A stretch of DNA of 24,313 nucleotides from a virus (taxonomy: Duplodnaviria; Heunggongvirae; Uroviricota; Caudoviricetes): the IMG/VR virus record IMGVR_UViG_3300032050_000059; one strand, given 5' to 3'. The translations under genes and the position numbers were made by a program. Shown piece by piece: positions 1 through 10,000 of this stretch (positions are counted from its first letter, which is position 1; the number at the start of each line of letters is the position of its first letter). Below the pieces are notes generated by a model, which saw only the letters and a list, made by a program, of their open reading frames with translations, had not been told where the DNA came from and made no database searches.

Positions 1-2
1 CC

Positions 3-1613
3 TACTACAGTGAAAAACAGTTGAGTCCACGTAAGAACGGTGAGCAGATAGCTATTCTTAAAGAGTTCTTGAAATATGCTAAGATGGCTGACTTCAGCTT
101 CAATCTTACACAGGCTTCCAACTATGACACTACTAAATTCAGAAATGCAGAGAACCTCTCTAACAAACAATACAAGCAGGAATTCGCAGAGAATTATAAC
201 ATATTCTCTTCTGTGGATGATCTTTTAAGAAATACACACATTGGAGAGCAAGCCATGTACCTCAACAAGAGTGTAGATGCTGCTGCTGAATACCTTGTTC
301 TTGATAAGCCTGAGTTCATGGAGATCACAGATGAGCTTATGGAGCCTTATTACAGAGATCAATACTTAGGTAATGAAGATCGTAATAAGGTGGGTAATAA
401 GATGAAATCTGCTCTTCTTGACTTCATCATCCAGACAAGAACAGATGTTGCTGCTAATCTATACAGAGACTTGGTAGAAACTTCCACCTCTGTAGCAAAC
501 ATGCTCACTGAGGCTAAGAAGCAATTCCCTAACGTAAAGATTATCAATGACTTAGAGGTGGATAGCTCAGGTAGAATTGGAGGTGCACAAACCATCAAAC
601 TGAGAGTGAATGATAGATCTAAGGATAGTGAAGACATGTACACAGGAATGATGAGAGAGCTTAGAGATGATCCTCGTACAAACGCTCTGTATAATGGAAT
701 AGTGAAACTATCCATCCTACAGGGTACACAGATGTCTCCTATCTCCATCAAGAACATCATACCTGTAGAAGACTATGCTGCTAAGATAACTCCCATTATT
801 GCTGGTCTGAAGGCTGATGAGTCAATTAAAGCCTTTGCAAAAAGTTATGAGTTCCAAAGGAATGAGTTTGCTGATGATAAGGTGGTACCAATTGTAAATC
901 CTAGATTTAGAGAGGTAGAGCAGGTTGAATATAACGAAGATGCTCCTAGAAGATTCCAGGCTGCCTTTGTAAAGATTAACACAGTGAAGGGTCCTATCGT
1001 GGTTCCTGGTCAATTCCCAACCATCCAAGGTTTGGGTGTTAAAACCATGCAAAGACAGCTGTTGTTCTTGAATGAGAAGTATGATGCTAAGGGTAGCAAC
1101 TATGATGTGGTGAAGGTTCCTAGAGCGCTTCCTATCAACAAGAAGAAGCTAGATGAGGGTAAGTTTGATATAGCCACTGGCTTAGAAATCACTAACCAAA
1201 CTTACGCTGAGAAGATAAAGAATGGTGACACATCTCTTCAGAACTACTATGGCTATCAGAAGGTGAAGAATGTAGATGGTTCTCCTGTAATTGCTGGACG
1301 TGATAGAGACGGAAATGCAATTTATGTCTATAAATTTATTAACTTGCATGGGGATGGTAACTACACCACTGAGTATTATGGAGATGGAAGACCTTCCGTT
1401 TTCAACAATGGAACTCAGAAGAACATCATAAATGTAAACGGATCAAAGGTGAGTGGTGAGATTTCAGATGCTGCAATAGTTGACTACTTCATGGAGAATG
1501 CATATTCAGACATCATGAAACTGCAAGCTGCAGATCCTGTAGTTAATAAACAAATTGAACCAGAGGGACTTCCTCCAATTGATGACGAGAATCAAAATAG
1601 TTGCAAATCATGA
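3..1613 (+). CDS. C-terminal fragment (5'-truncated by the window edge) of a large phage protein; possibly the tail end of a crAss-like virion RNA polymerase/cargo protein
   Basis: The frame is open from base 3 (YYSEKQLSP...), so the TTG at 21 is not a true start. It ends at TGA 1611-1613, overlapping the next ATG (ATGA). No catalytic motif such as DxDxD is visible. The RNAP idea rests only on position and a loose recollection of Q..IL..FL.Y...A...QA.NYDT-like segments. Confidence 0.6.
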   Translation, partial: YYSEKQLSPRKNGEQIAILKEFLKYAKMADFSFNLTQASNYDTTKFRNAENLSNKQYKQEFAENYNIFSSVDDLLRNTHIGEQAMYLNKSVDAAAEYLVLDKPEFMEITDELMEPYYRDQYLGNEDRNKVGNKMKSALLDFIIQTRTDVAANLYRDLVETSTSVANMLTEAKKQFPNVKIINDLEVDSSGRIGGAQTIKLRVNDRSKDSEDMYTGMMRELRDDPRTNALYNGIVKLSILQGTQMSPISIKNIIPVEDYAAKITPIIAGLKADESIKAFAKSYEFQRNEFADDKVVPIVNPRFREVEQVEYNEDAPRRFQAAFVKINTVKGPIVVPGQFPTIQGLGVKTMQRQLLFLNEKYDAKGSNYDVVKVPRALPINKKKLDEGKFDIATGLEITNQTYAEKIKNGDTSLQNYYGYQKVKNVDGSPVIAGRDRDGNAIYVYKFINLHGDGNYTTEYYGDGRPSVFNNGTQKNIINVNGSKVSGEISDAAIVDYFMENAYSDIMKLQAADPVVNKQIEPEGLPPIDDENQNSCKS

Positions 1614-4600
1614 GTAAATGCGCATTAGATATAAGGAAAGATATCGTTGCTACTGTTGGTAGAAAGCTTACAGAGAAGGGAGCTATTGTGCAAGGAGATG
1701 TAGGATATTTCCCAAATCCTTCTAGGGCTGGAGCTGCTATCAATGATATTAACTCTGAGTTCAAGACTAGTATTGTAAAAGAAAGTGAGAAAGGATCGTT
1801 CCTAATTGAACCATCTGATGATCTTATTAATAGATATTTTGAACAATACAAAAGACAGGAAGAAGGTGAAGCTGGACAATTGCAAGAAGAAGAAAGACTT
1901 AGAGGTGGATATACAGAAGAACAGCGTGGTGAGTTCTTTCAGTTAGAACAAACTGAAACATCAGCAGCATCTCCTGCTACAATAGCTAAGATAAAAGACT
2001 TCCTTGAAAGAATTGGTGTGAATGTTAAGGAGTATGACAGCATAGTTGTAAATGGTGTCAAGCAAGATGCTAATGCTGCAGCCCTAATTACACAGAAGCT
2101 CATTCAGATTGTTCAGGGTAAGGAGGGTGTTGCTCTTCCTGAAGAAGCTATGCACTTTGCTTTGGAGATCATAAAGCAAACAAACCCAGCGCTTTATAAC
2201 AAGCTGCTCAAAGAGATTAACAACTATCAGTTTTATAAACAGATATTGGCTGACTATGGTGCACATCCTCTATACCAAACTGCTGATGGAAAACCTGACA
2301 TCAGAAAGTTAAAAGACGAAGCTATTGCTAAGGTGTTAGCTGAGACAGTGATTAACCAGAACGAGGGTTCTGTAGAGAATCCTGAACACCTAGCAAAGGT
2401 GGAAAGCTGGTGGTCACAGATTGTAGAATGGCTTAAAAACCTATTCAACATAAAGAGTGGATTTGATCAAGCAGCCCTTGCTGTGCTTTCTGGGGAAGAG
2501 ATTGGCACTGTAGAAGATATTAGAGCAGAAGAGGGAGCAGCCTATTTACAAAAGACCAAGCAGGAAGATAGCATCGATAGATTGAAAGCTATGGATAGCA
2601 GACTATCTATCAAAGATGTTGAAGAAGAGGGTAAAAAAGAACCTAGGTATTTCTTAGATGGCGTTACAAAGATATTGAAAAGGGTGTCTGATGATGTAAA
2701 AGATTGGTACTCAAGAAGATTCTCAAACAATGAAATCACCAAAACTGAGAAAGACAAGGCAATCGATGATATAAAAAGAGACAAAGGAACTAAAGGACAC
2801 AGTGATCAAGACTATTTGATAAGAGGATTGAACGATGGTAGAGGTGGTATATTGGTTGATGAGAATGGCTATCTTAGACAAGATCCTTTAGACGATAGTG
2901 GATATGTTCCTCAGATGGACCCTAATGATCCTGAGAGAGTTATATATGAAACGCTAAAAGAGAATCTACGTGAGAGACTTGCATCCTTTGGAGAAAGTAC
3001 AAGGTTTCTTTCTGAGATAAAAATATATGATCCAAAGACTAACAAGGCTGGTACAATTGACCTAGTTGCCATCACTAAAGATGGTAAGGTGAATATAATA
3101 GACTGGAAGTTTATGGATTTAAACGTTGATGTATATGAGGATGTTCCTTGGTACAAGATAGCTGCTTGGAAGAATCAGATGGATCAGTATAAAACCATGC
3201 TAATCAATGCTTATGGTTTTAAATCTCAAGACTTTGGACAAACCAGAATGATTCCTATCAGGACAGTTTATTCTGGTGGTACACTCCTAGGAATAGAAAT
3301 AGGTGCTGTAGATCCAAAAGATATCACAGATGCATATCTTATGCCTGTTGGACTGGAAGAAGAAGCAACAGGAAACGAACAGATAGATGCACTGTTGAAG
3401 AAACTGAACGCTGCCTATAGAACTCTTTCTGAGAAGAAAGCACTTCCTTCAGAGAAGAAAGAAAAGGCTGTGCAGTTGAATACCCTGATGTCAGCCATCA
3501 GACAACTTCAGATAAGACAAAACATTGAACCGCTTTTGGAAGAAGCTAAGTTGCTTAACAACTACATCCAGAAGGTAATCAATCGATTTGAAACAGAATG
3601 GAAGGATAAAGAAAGAATAACACCAGAAGAAGAAGCACAGAGAAGTGCATTCTTAAAGGAGATAAGAGATGCTGAGAAGATGCTTGGTACATACACTAGC
3701 TTGGATGTTGACCTTTCAGACCTATTCTTATCAGGAGGTTCTGAGAATGAGAAGCTTGAGACTGAGGTGGCTAAGACTGTTAGAGTGGCTAGAGCCTTAG
3801 GTGACAAGCTTAATAGAACTAAGACAGCTTTCGTAAGAGATGTTGTAGGTAGAAGTGAGAAGGTTGAGGACATTATAAAGGAAGAGAAGGAGATAGGTAT
3901 TGTAGCAAGATGGTTCTCAGATACAGCCTCTTTACAGCTCAACTCTGCAAAGGTGCTATTTAGAAAATCTAACAGAGCGCTTGCAAAAGCTTCTATGGAT
4001 TCTGTAGACCTGGCAAGAGAACTTCAAGAGATTGAGGGTAGATATAAGAAATGGGCCACTGCTAAAGGTCTTAATAAGAAAGACTACTTCAATATCATCA
4101 AGAAGAAGGGTAAGAATGAACTTATCGATGAGTTTAATCCTGAGTTCTACAAAGAACTTAAGTCTAGAATAGATAGGAAAGATCCTGATCTATTTAACTG
4201 GGTTAAGGAAAACATTGATATCAAAGCTTATAACGACTTCCTTGATGAGCAAATCAAAAAGGAAACAGAAGAGATTAATCAGAAGTATAAGGACAGAATG
4301 GAGTTTGACAGAGCTACAGGAAACTTCTATCTGTCTGAAGAACAGGAAAGAAAGAAGGAGTGGGAGCTGAACAAGATGAAGAAAGCCTATAACACTTCTT
4401 CAACAACAAGTGCTGGCTGGTTACAATATAACTTCATCAAGAGATTTCCAAAGGTGGAGAAGTGGCAGTCTCAAGAATGGAAAGAGTTGTTTAAGAAAGA
4501 TGCTGCTGGTAACTATGTGAATAAACCTGCTGTGGACTTATACAACTACATCAGGAAAGTTAATGACGACTATAGATCTATTGGATATTTAGGAAGAGGA

Positions 4601-6625
4601 GAAGAAAGGGTGTTCTTACCATGGGTGAGAAAGAGTTTAGTGGAAACACTTATGTCTGGTGGCAGGGTGAATCTATTTGAACAGTTCCTAAAGTCTATAT
4701 CTGTTGATCCAAATTCAGAAGTGGGTCTTGGTAAAATGGACCAGTACACTGGTAAACCAATTGACGAGATTCCTAAATACTTCACTACAGAGATTAAGGA
4801 GGACGTGAGTGAGGACTTATTCAGGAACCTGGCTCTATATAACACCATGGCTCTTAGATATAAGTATCTTTCAGAGATTGAAGAGCAGGCTTTGGGTTTG
4901 GTTGACATAGAGCAAAACAAAGGATCAATTGCCACTTCTTGGTTCTCAAAGACCCAATACGACAAGAAAACTGGAAAGCTCATCACTGTTCCAAATAATA
5001 GCAAGAACACTGAGCTTATTGATAGCATGGTGAAGGGTATCATCTATGGACAGAAATATCTGAAGAATGATACGTTTGACCAGGCTCTTGGAAAGCTAAC
5101 CAACGTTGGTGAAACGATAAACAAAAAACTTGGTGTGAAGATATTCCCAGAAGGATTAGAGGGAAGAATCATATCAATGAATAAATCTATTGATACACTG
5201 AACAAAACATTCAGTCTCCAAGCTATGGGTCTGAACCCTCTGTCAGCCACTTCCAACTTGTTTGGTGGCACATCTCAGTCAATTATTAATAGTGGAAAAT
5301 ACTTTACAAAGGGAGACTATCTCGCTGCTGAAGCAAAGGTGAATGCTAAATGGCTCAACTTTATATCCACTGAGGAAAAGAAAAAGATTATCGGTGCCCT
5401 AGATTACTTCCTTCCTCTTACAGAAGACTTCTCTAGGGATATTGCTAATGAACTGTCTTTGGGTAAGTTGAGTCCTGATGGGATACAGAACTTCCTCATG
5501 AGCCTCATGAGAAACTCAGACAAGCACGTACAAACTGTTAACTTCCTTGCTTACATAGGTAACTCTATTGTAGTGGATGGACAGGTGGTAAATGCTAGGG
5601 AATACCTACGCACCACTCCTGAATACTCAGATATGTATTCTGGTACAACAGAGGAAAGACAAGAAAGAGAGAAACGCTTTGAGAAGGATGTTGAGAAGCT
5701 TGTAGAAGAAAAGGGAGTGATGAAGGTAGGACAAGTGGTTGATAATAAGTTTACTATACCTGGCGTAGATAGAAAATCTGAATCAGTGATTGAGCTCAGA
5801 AGGAAGATACAACAAGTGAGCAAGGATGCTCTTGGTAACATGACAGATGACGCTAGGAGAATGATTGACATGAACATATATGGAAATTCTTTCATGTTGT
5901 TCAAAAAATGGATTCCAAGACTGGTGGATGTTAGGTTTGGTGACCTGAAATACAACTCAGCTTCTGATGCTTATGAATGGGGTAGGATGCGTGTTGCGTT
6001 TAGCATGCTATCTCTTGACGTTATTAAAAGCATAAAGAGGCTAAGAAACTCTCTTGTAGGTAACCAGGCTGGTGTGGATGATATGAGACAGATGTTTGAG
6101 AAGAAGAAGGAGGAATATGAGACAGAAACAGGTAAAGAGCTGGATATGACAGAAACCGAGTTTGTAGACTTGGTAAGAAGAAGTATACAGTCTCAGATGA
6201 TTGATCTTATGTTCTACCTCACACTGATAGGATTGTTCATGGCTCTGAAGGCAAATGCCCCAGATGAGGATGAGGATGAGGTGGTTAGAAACAGATATAG
6301 GTTTATCATGAGGGCTACAGACAAGCTTAAGGATGAGATTGCCTATTTCTACAATCCAGCCAACTTCTCAGCCCTTGTGGCAGGGGGTATATTCCCAGCC
6401 ATCAGCCAGCTTGACAACTATGGGAAGTTCTTAAGCAACTTCATGAAGGAAATGTTTGGGGTGATTGTGGGTGACCAGGAGATGAGAGATGACGCTTTTG
6501 CTATAAAATACCTTATGAAATCCTTCCCAATTACAAATCAGCTGTCCCAATATCTCCCTGTGTTTGTTCCAGATGTAGCTAAAGACCTAGGAATTAAAAT
6601 GCAGTCAAGATCAGGTATAAGGTAA
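1610..6625 (+). CDS. Large polyvalent/ejection-type virion protein (1671 aa) with a zincin-like (MPTase) motif, a PD-(D/E)XK nuclease motif and a helical C-terminal region
   Basis: ATG at 1610 overlaps the upstream stop (preferred over TTG 1601). LPEEAMHF (EEAMH at 2141-2155) is followed by WWSQIVEWLKNLF. KGTKGH (2783-2800) precedes SEIKI...GTIDLV...IIDWK...QMDQY (about 3011-3190). A long charged helical region and a hydrophobic LMFYLTLIGLFMAL (6206-6247) follow. Confidence 0.75.
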   Translation: MSKCALDIRKDIVATVGRKLTEKGAIVQGDVGYFPNPSRAGAAINDINSEFKTSIVKESEKGSFLIEPSDDLINRYFEQYKRQEEGEAGQLQEEERLRGGYTEEQRGEFFQLEQTETSAASPATIAKIKDFLERIGVNVKEYDSIVVNGVKQDANAAALITQKLIQIVQGKEGVALPEEAMHFALEIIKQTNPALYNKLLKEINNYQFYKQILADYGAHPLYQTADGKPDIRKLKDEAIAKVLAETVINQNEGSVENPEHLAKVESWWSQIVEWLKNLFNIKSGFDQAALAVLSGEEIGTVEDIRAEEGAAYLQKTKQEDSIDRLKAMDSRLSIKDVEEEGKKEPRYFLDGVTKILKRVSDDVKDWYSRRFSNNEITKTEKDKAIDDIKRDKGTKGHSDQDYLIRGLNDGRGGILVDENGYLRQDPLDDSGYVPQMDPNDPERVIYETLKENLRERLASFGESTRFLSEIKIYDPKTNKAGTIDLVAITKDGKVNIIDWKFMDLNVDVYEDVPWYKIAAWKNQMDQYKTMLINAYGFKSQDFGQTRMIPIRTVYSGGTLLGIEIGAVDPKDITDAYLMPVGLEEEATGNEQIDALLKKLNAAYRTLSEKKALPSEKKEKAVQLNTLMSAIRQLQIRQNIEPLLEEAKLLNNYIQKVINRFETEWKDKERITPEEEAQRSAFLKEIRDAEKMLGTYTSLDVDLSDLFLSGGSENEKLETEVAKTVRVARALGDKLNRTKTAFVRDVVGRSEKVEDIIKEEKEIGIVARWFSDTASLQLNSAKVLFRKSNRALAKASMDSVDLARELQEIEGRYKKWATAKGLNKKDYFNIIKKKGKNELIDEFNPEFYKELKSRIDRKDPDLFNWVKENIDIKAYNDFLDEQIKKETEEINQKYKDRMEFDRATGNFYLSEEQERKKEWELNKMKKAYNTSSTTSAGWLQYNFIKRFPKVEKWQSQEWKELFKKDAAGNYVNKPAVDLYNYIRKVNDDYRSIGYLGRGEERVFLPWVRKSLVETLMSGGRVNLFEQFLKSISVDPNSEVGLGKMDQYTGKPIDEIPKYFTTEIKEDVSEDLFRNLALYNTMALRYKYLSEIEEQALGLVDIEQNKGSIATSWFSKTQYDKKTGKLITVPNNSKNTELIDSMVKGIIYGQKYLKNDTFDQALGKLTNVGETINKKLGVKIFPEGLEGRIISMNKSIDTLNKTFSLQAMGLNPLSATSNLFGGTSQSIINSGKYFTKGDYLAAEAKVNAKWLNFISTEEKKKIIGALDYFLPLTEDFSRDIANELSLGKLSPDGIQNFLMSLMRNSDKHVQTVNFLAYIGNSIVVDGQVVNAREYLRTTPEYSDMYSGTTEERQEREKRFEKDVEKLVEEKGVMKVGQVVDNKFTIPGVDRKSESVIELRRKIQQVSKDALGNMTDDARRMIDMNIYGNSFMLFKKWIPRLVDVRFGDLKYNSASDAYEWGRMRVAFSMLSLDVIKSIKRLRNSLVGNQAGVDDMRQMFEKKKEEYETETGKELDMTETEFVDLVRRSIQSQMIDLMFYLTLIGLFMALKANAPDEDEDEVVRNRYRFIMRATDKLKDEIAYFYNPANFSALVAGGIFPAISQLDNYGKFLSNFMKEMFGVIVGDQEMRDDAFAIKYLMKSFPITNQLSQYLPVFVPDVAKDLGIKMQSRSGIR

Positions 6626-6659
6626 CGCTATATTATATCGTTTATTTCCTCATAACTCA

Positions 6660-6689
6660 TTGAAAATACATTAATAACAACTAATTTTG
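6660..6689 (+). promoter_or_regulatory. Bacteroidota-type sigma-A promoter (-33 TTG, 19-nt spacer, -7 TAATTTTG)
   Basis: TTG at 6660-6662, 19 nt, then TAATTTTG at 6682-6689, in the largest intergenic gap of the window (69 nt). Matches the established TTG-N19-21-TAnnTTTG consensus. Confidence 0.65.
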
Positions 6690-6694
6690 CTTAT

Positions 6695-7090
6695 ATGCGA
6701 ACTGCTGCAATTTGCCCAACATGTCCCTCATATGAGAACGCTTTGTGCGTGCTCTATAACGGAGAATATCTGACCAATATCGACGTAAACCCTTTAGACT
6801 CTCTAGAGGTAGCCCTTGGCAAGATAAATGATAACCTCGTGCCTGTATCAGGAACAGGAGCTCCCACAGCTGGAGCTATCTATTTAGGACAGCTCTATGT
6901 AAGAACCACCGTGGCTCCAAACCTCTACTTCGCTAAGTCAACAGGTACAGGTGCTTTGGACTGGAGGATTCTCCTTTCTATTCCATATACAGGAGCCCCT
7001 GAATATGCTGATAACGCTGCTGCCATAGCTGGTGGTTTAACAGATGGTCAAGTCTACCGTACAGGTGACGTATTGAAAATCGTACATTAA
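6695..7090 (+). CDS. Small structural/fibre-adaptor-like protein (131 aa)
   Basis: The N-terminal 35-aa Cys module (CPSYENALCVLYNGEYL...DSLEVALGKI) is shared with the giant fibre. The C-terminal YADNAAAIAGGLTDGQVYRTGDVLKIVH is a motif I recall from C-termini of Bacteroidota phage fibre-type proteins. Confidence 0.7.
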   Translation: MRTAAICPTCPSYENALCVLYNGEYLTNIDVNPLDSLEVALGKINDNLVPVSGTGAPTAGAIYLGQLYVRTTVAPNLYFAKSTGTGALDWRILLSIPYTGAPEYADNAAAIAGGLTDGQVYRTGDVLKIVH

Positions 7091-7098
7091 TTTAGAAC

Positions 7099-10000
7099 AT
7101 GAACGTACTTCCTAATATACTAAGTTATGGAAGTTCAGGTTCATCTGGTACATCAGGTGAAGCTGTTCCCCATATACCAGACTTTTTAGAAAGCTTTCCC
7201 CAGCAGGTTGAGACACCTGAACCAATCGATCCTACGGTTGGTAAGCCTTCCTTTTTGTCTAAACTGTATAATAGCCCACAGTATCAGACTCCTGATCCTG
7301 AGAATACGTCTATAAATTATAGTGAGAGTTTCTTCAATACACCTCTCCTTTCTAATATTGTTGGCTCTGAATCCTCTGAGGGTGATGGCCAATCATTCAT
7401 AAATAAGCTCTTTGGTACAACCCATTGTGAGCCTAAGTTCACATCCGCCCCTGTGGTATGTGCAGCTAACCCATGTCCTATCACATTGAACGCCACCTGT
7501 GTGTTCTATGAAGGACCCAATTTGATCTATACAGGAATTAACACTAATGACAACCTCCAGACAGCTCTTGAGAAGATAGAGGCAGCTATTGCTGACGAAC
7601 TTGCAGGTAGCTCTGGTACAAGCGGTACGTCAGGCACCTCAGGAACATCTGGCACATCAGGTAGCTCTGGAACCTCAGGAACTGACGGTAGTGGGGGAAG
7701 CAGTGGTACATCTGGCACTAGCGGTATAGACGGAACAAGTGGCACAGCAGGAACTAGTGGCACTTCTGGTACCACTGGTACATCTGGAAGTAGTGGAACT
7801 AGTGGAACAGATGGAAGTGGAGGTAGTAGTGGTACATCAGGGACTAGTGGAACCTCTGGGACATCTGGCACATCTGGTACTACAGGAACCTCTGGTACTA
7901 CGGGTACAAGTGGCACCTCTGGTACAGATGGTAGCGGTGGCACCTCAGGCACTTCTGGCACTTCTGGGACCAGTGGTACAACTGGCACCTCAGGGACAAG
8001 TGGAACTACAGGAACTAGTGGTAGTAGTGGAACTAGCGCTACATCAGGTACATCTGGGACATCAGGAACCTCTGGAAGTTCAGGTACAACTGGCACTAGT
8101 GGAACGTCTGGAACAACAGGTACCTCTGGTAGCTCAGGCACTACAGGCACGTCTGGTACCTCAGGTACTTCTGCAACAAGTGGTACGAGCGGCACCAGTG
8201 GTACAGATGGAACAGGAGGCACAAGCGGTACATCTGGTACATCAGCCACTAGTGGAACTAGTGGTACAACAGGAACCAGTGGGTCAAGTGGCACCAGTGG
8301 AACTTCAGGAACATCAGGAACTGATGGTAGTGATGGTAGTTCTGGTACATCAGGAACATCTGGTACAGCTGGAACTAGTGCAACATCTGGTACTTCTGGC
8401 TCTTCTGGAACTGCAGGAACCTCTGCAACTAGCGGAACATCAGGCACTTCTGGTACGTCAGCCACTGATGGAACAGGGGGAACTAGTGGTACGTCAGGTA
8501 CATCTGCCACCTCTGGATCATCAGGATCTTCTGGAACTGATGGAACAGGAGGTACATCTGGATCGAGTGGTACAAGTGCAACCAGTGGTTCATCTGGAAC
8601 CTCTGGAACTTCTGGTAGTAGTGGAACAACAGGTACATCAGGCACTAGCGGTACAAGTGGTACGTCTGCTACAGACGGTACAGGAGGTACAAGTGGAACA
8701 AGTGGAACGTCAGGAAGTAGTGGAACCACGGGTACATCTGGTACTACAGGTACGTCAGGCACAAGTGGAACCAGTGGTACAAATGGTTCACCTGGAACAT
8801 CTGGTACATCTGCAACATCAGGAACTAGTGGTTCAAGTGCTACATCAGGCACATCTGGAACTAGTGGAACAACTGGTACATCAGGAAGCTCTGGCTTGAG
8901 TGGAGATAGATATGCCACTACATCAAGCACAACATATACATTACAAGCAGCTGGTAATACAGGCACAATCACTGTAGGAACAGGACTAGCCTATACAGTG
9001 GCTCAGTCTATTATAATTGCCTACAATGCAACAAATTACCAAGAGGCTGAGGTGACATCGTACAACTCTGGTACAGGTAGTTTATCATTCACCACCATTA
9101 CACAGGTGGGAAGTGGAACATATAGTTCATGGTTTGTAAACCTAGATGGTGCAACAGGAGGAGATGGTTCTAACGGTACATCTGGTACAAGTGGAACATC
9201 TGCTACATCTGGCACTTCAGGCACTACAGGAACTTCAGGCACTAGCGGTAGTTCAGGAACTACAGGTACATCTGGTACGTCTGGAACTCCTGGTACATCA
9301 GGAACCAGTGCTACTAGTGGAACCTCAGGAACTACAGGTACTTCGGGCACAACAGGTACTAGTGGCACATCAGGCTCATCAGGCACCTCAGGTACTGATG
9401 GATCTGGAGGAACAAGTGGAACCAGCGGCACCACAGGCACATCTGGCTCAAGTGGAAGTAGTGGATCTTCAGGAAGCAGTGGTTCTAGTGGAACATCTGC
9501 CACTTCTGGAACATCTGGTACCTCTGGCACAAATGGTAGTGCAGGCAGTAGTGGAAGTAGTGGGTCCTCAGGATCAAGCGGTAGTGCTGGAACGAGTGGT
9601 ACAGCAGGTAGTCCTGGTACGTCTGGTACTAGTGGTAGTTCAGGCACATCTGGTACAGCAGGTACAACAGGAACTTCTGGAACCTCAGGTACAACAGGTA
9701 CCTCTGGAACTAGTGGATTAACAGGAACTTCTGGTACATCAGGGGTGAATGGTACTAGTGGAACATCTGGAACCTCAGGGTCTAGTGGCACTGCTGGTAG
9801 CTCAGGTACAGCTGGTAGCTCAGGAACTAGTGGAACTGCAGGTACATCTGGAACCAATGGTTCTCCAGGTACCAGTGGTACAAGTGGGTCTAGCGGTTCC
9901 TCTGGATCATCAGGAACAACAGGCACTTCAGGTTCTAGTGGTACAAGTGGAACATCAGGCTCTAGTGGTACGTCTGTAGCTGTAGCTGGTACACAGGAAT

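Noticed and set aside
359-5955. Minus-strand ORFs of 60-157 aa within the two large genes
   Set aside because: Fully nested antisense to long coding frames; Ser/Phe/Leu-rich composition typical of shadows.
6624-6642. Imperfect dyad AACG-C-TATA-T-TATA-T-CGTT after the 1671-aa gene as an intrinsic terminator
   Set aside because: The stem is AT-rich and mismatched with a 1-nt loop, too weak to call. It could be an operator, but there is no second copy to support that.
7129-7430. Short SGSSGTSG seed and weak SFxxKL pseudo-repeats in the fibre N-terminus
   Set aside because: Too short and degenerate to distinguish from chance in a low-complexity, probably disordered leader.
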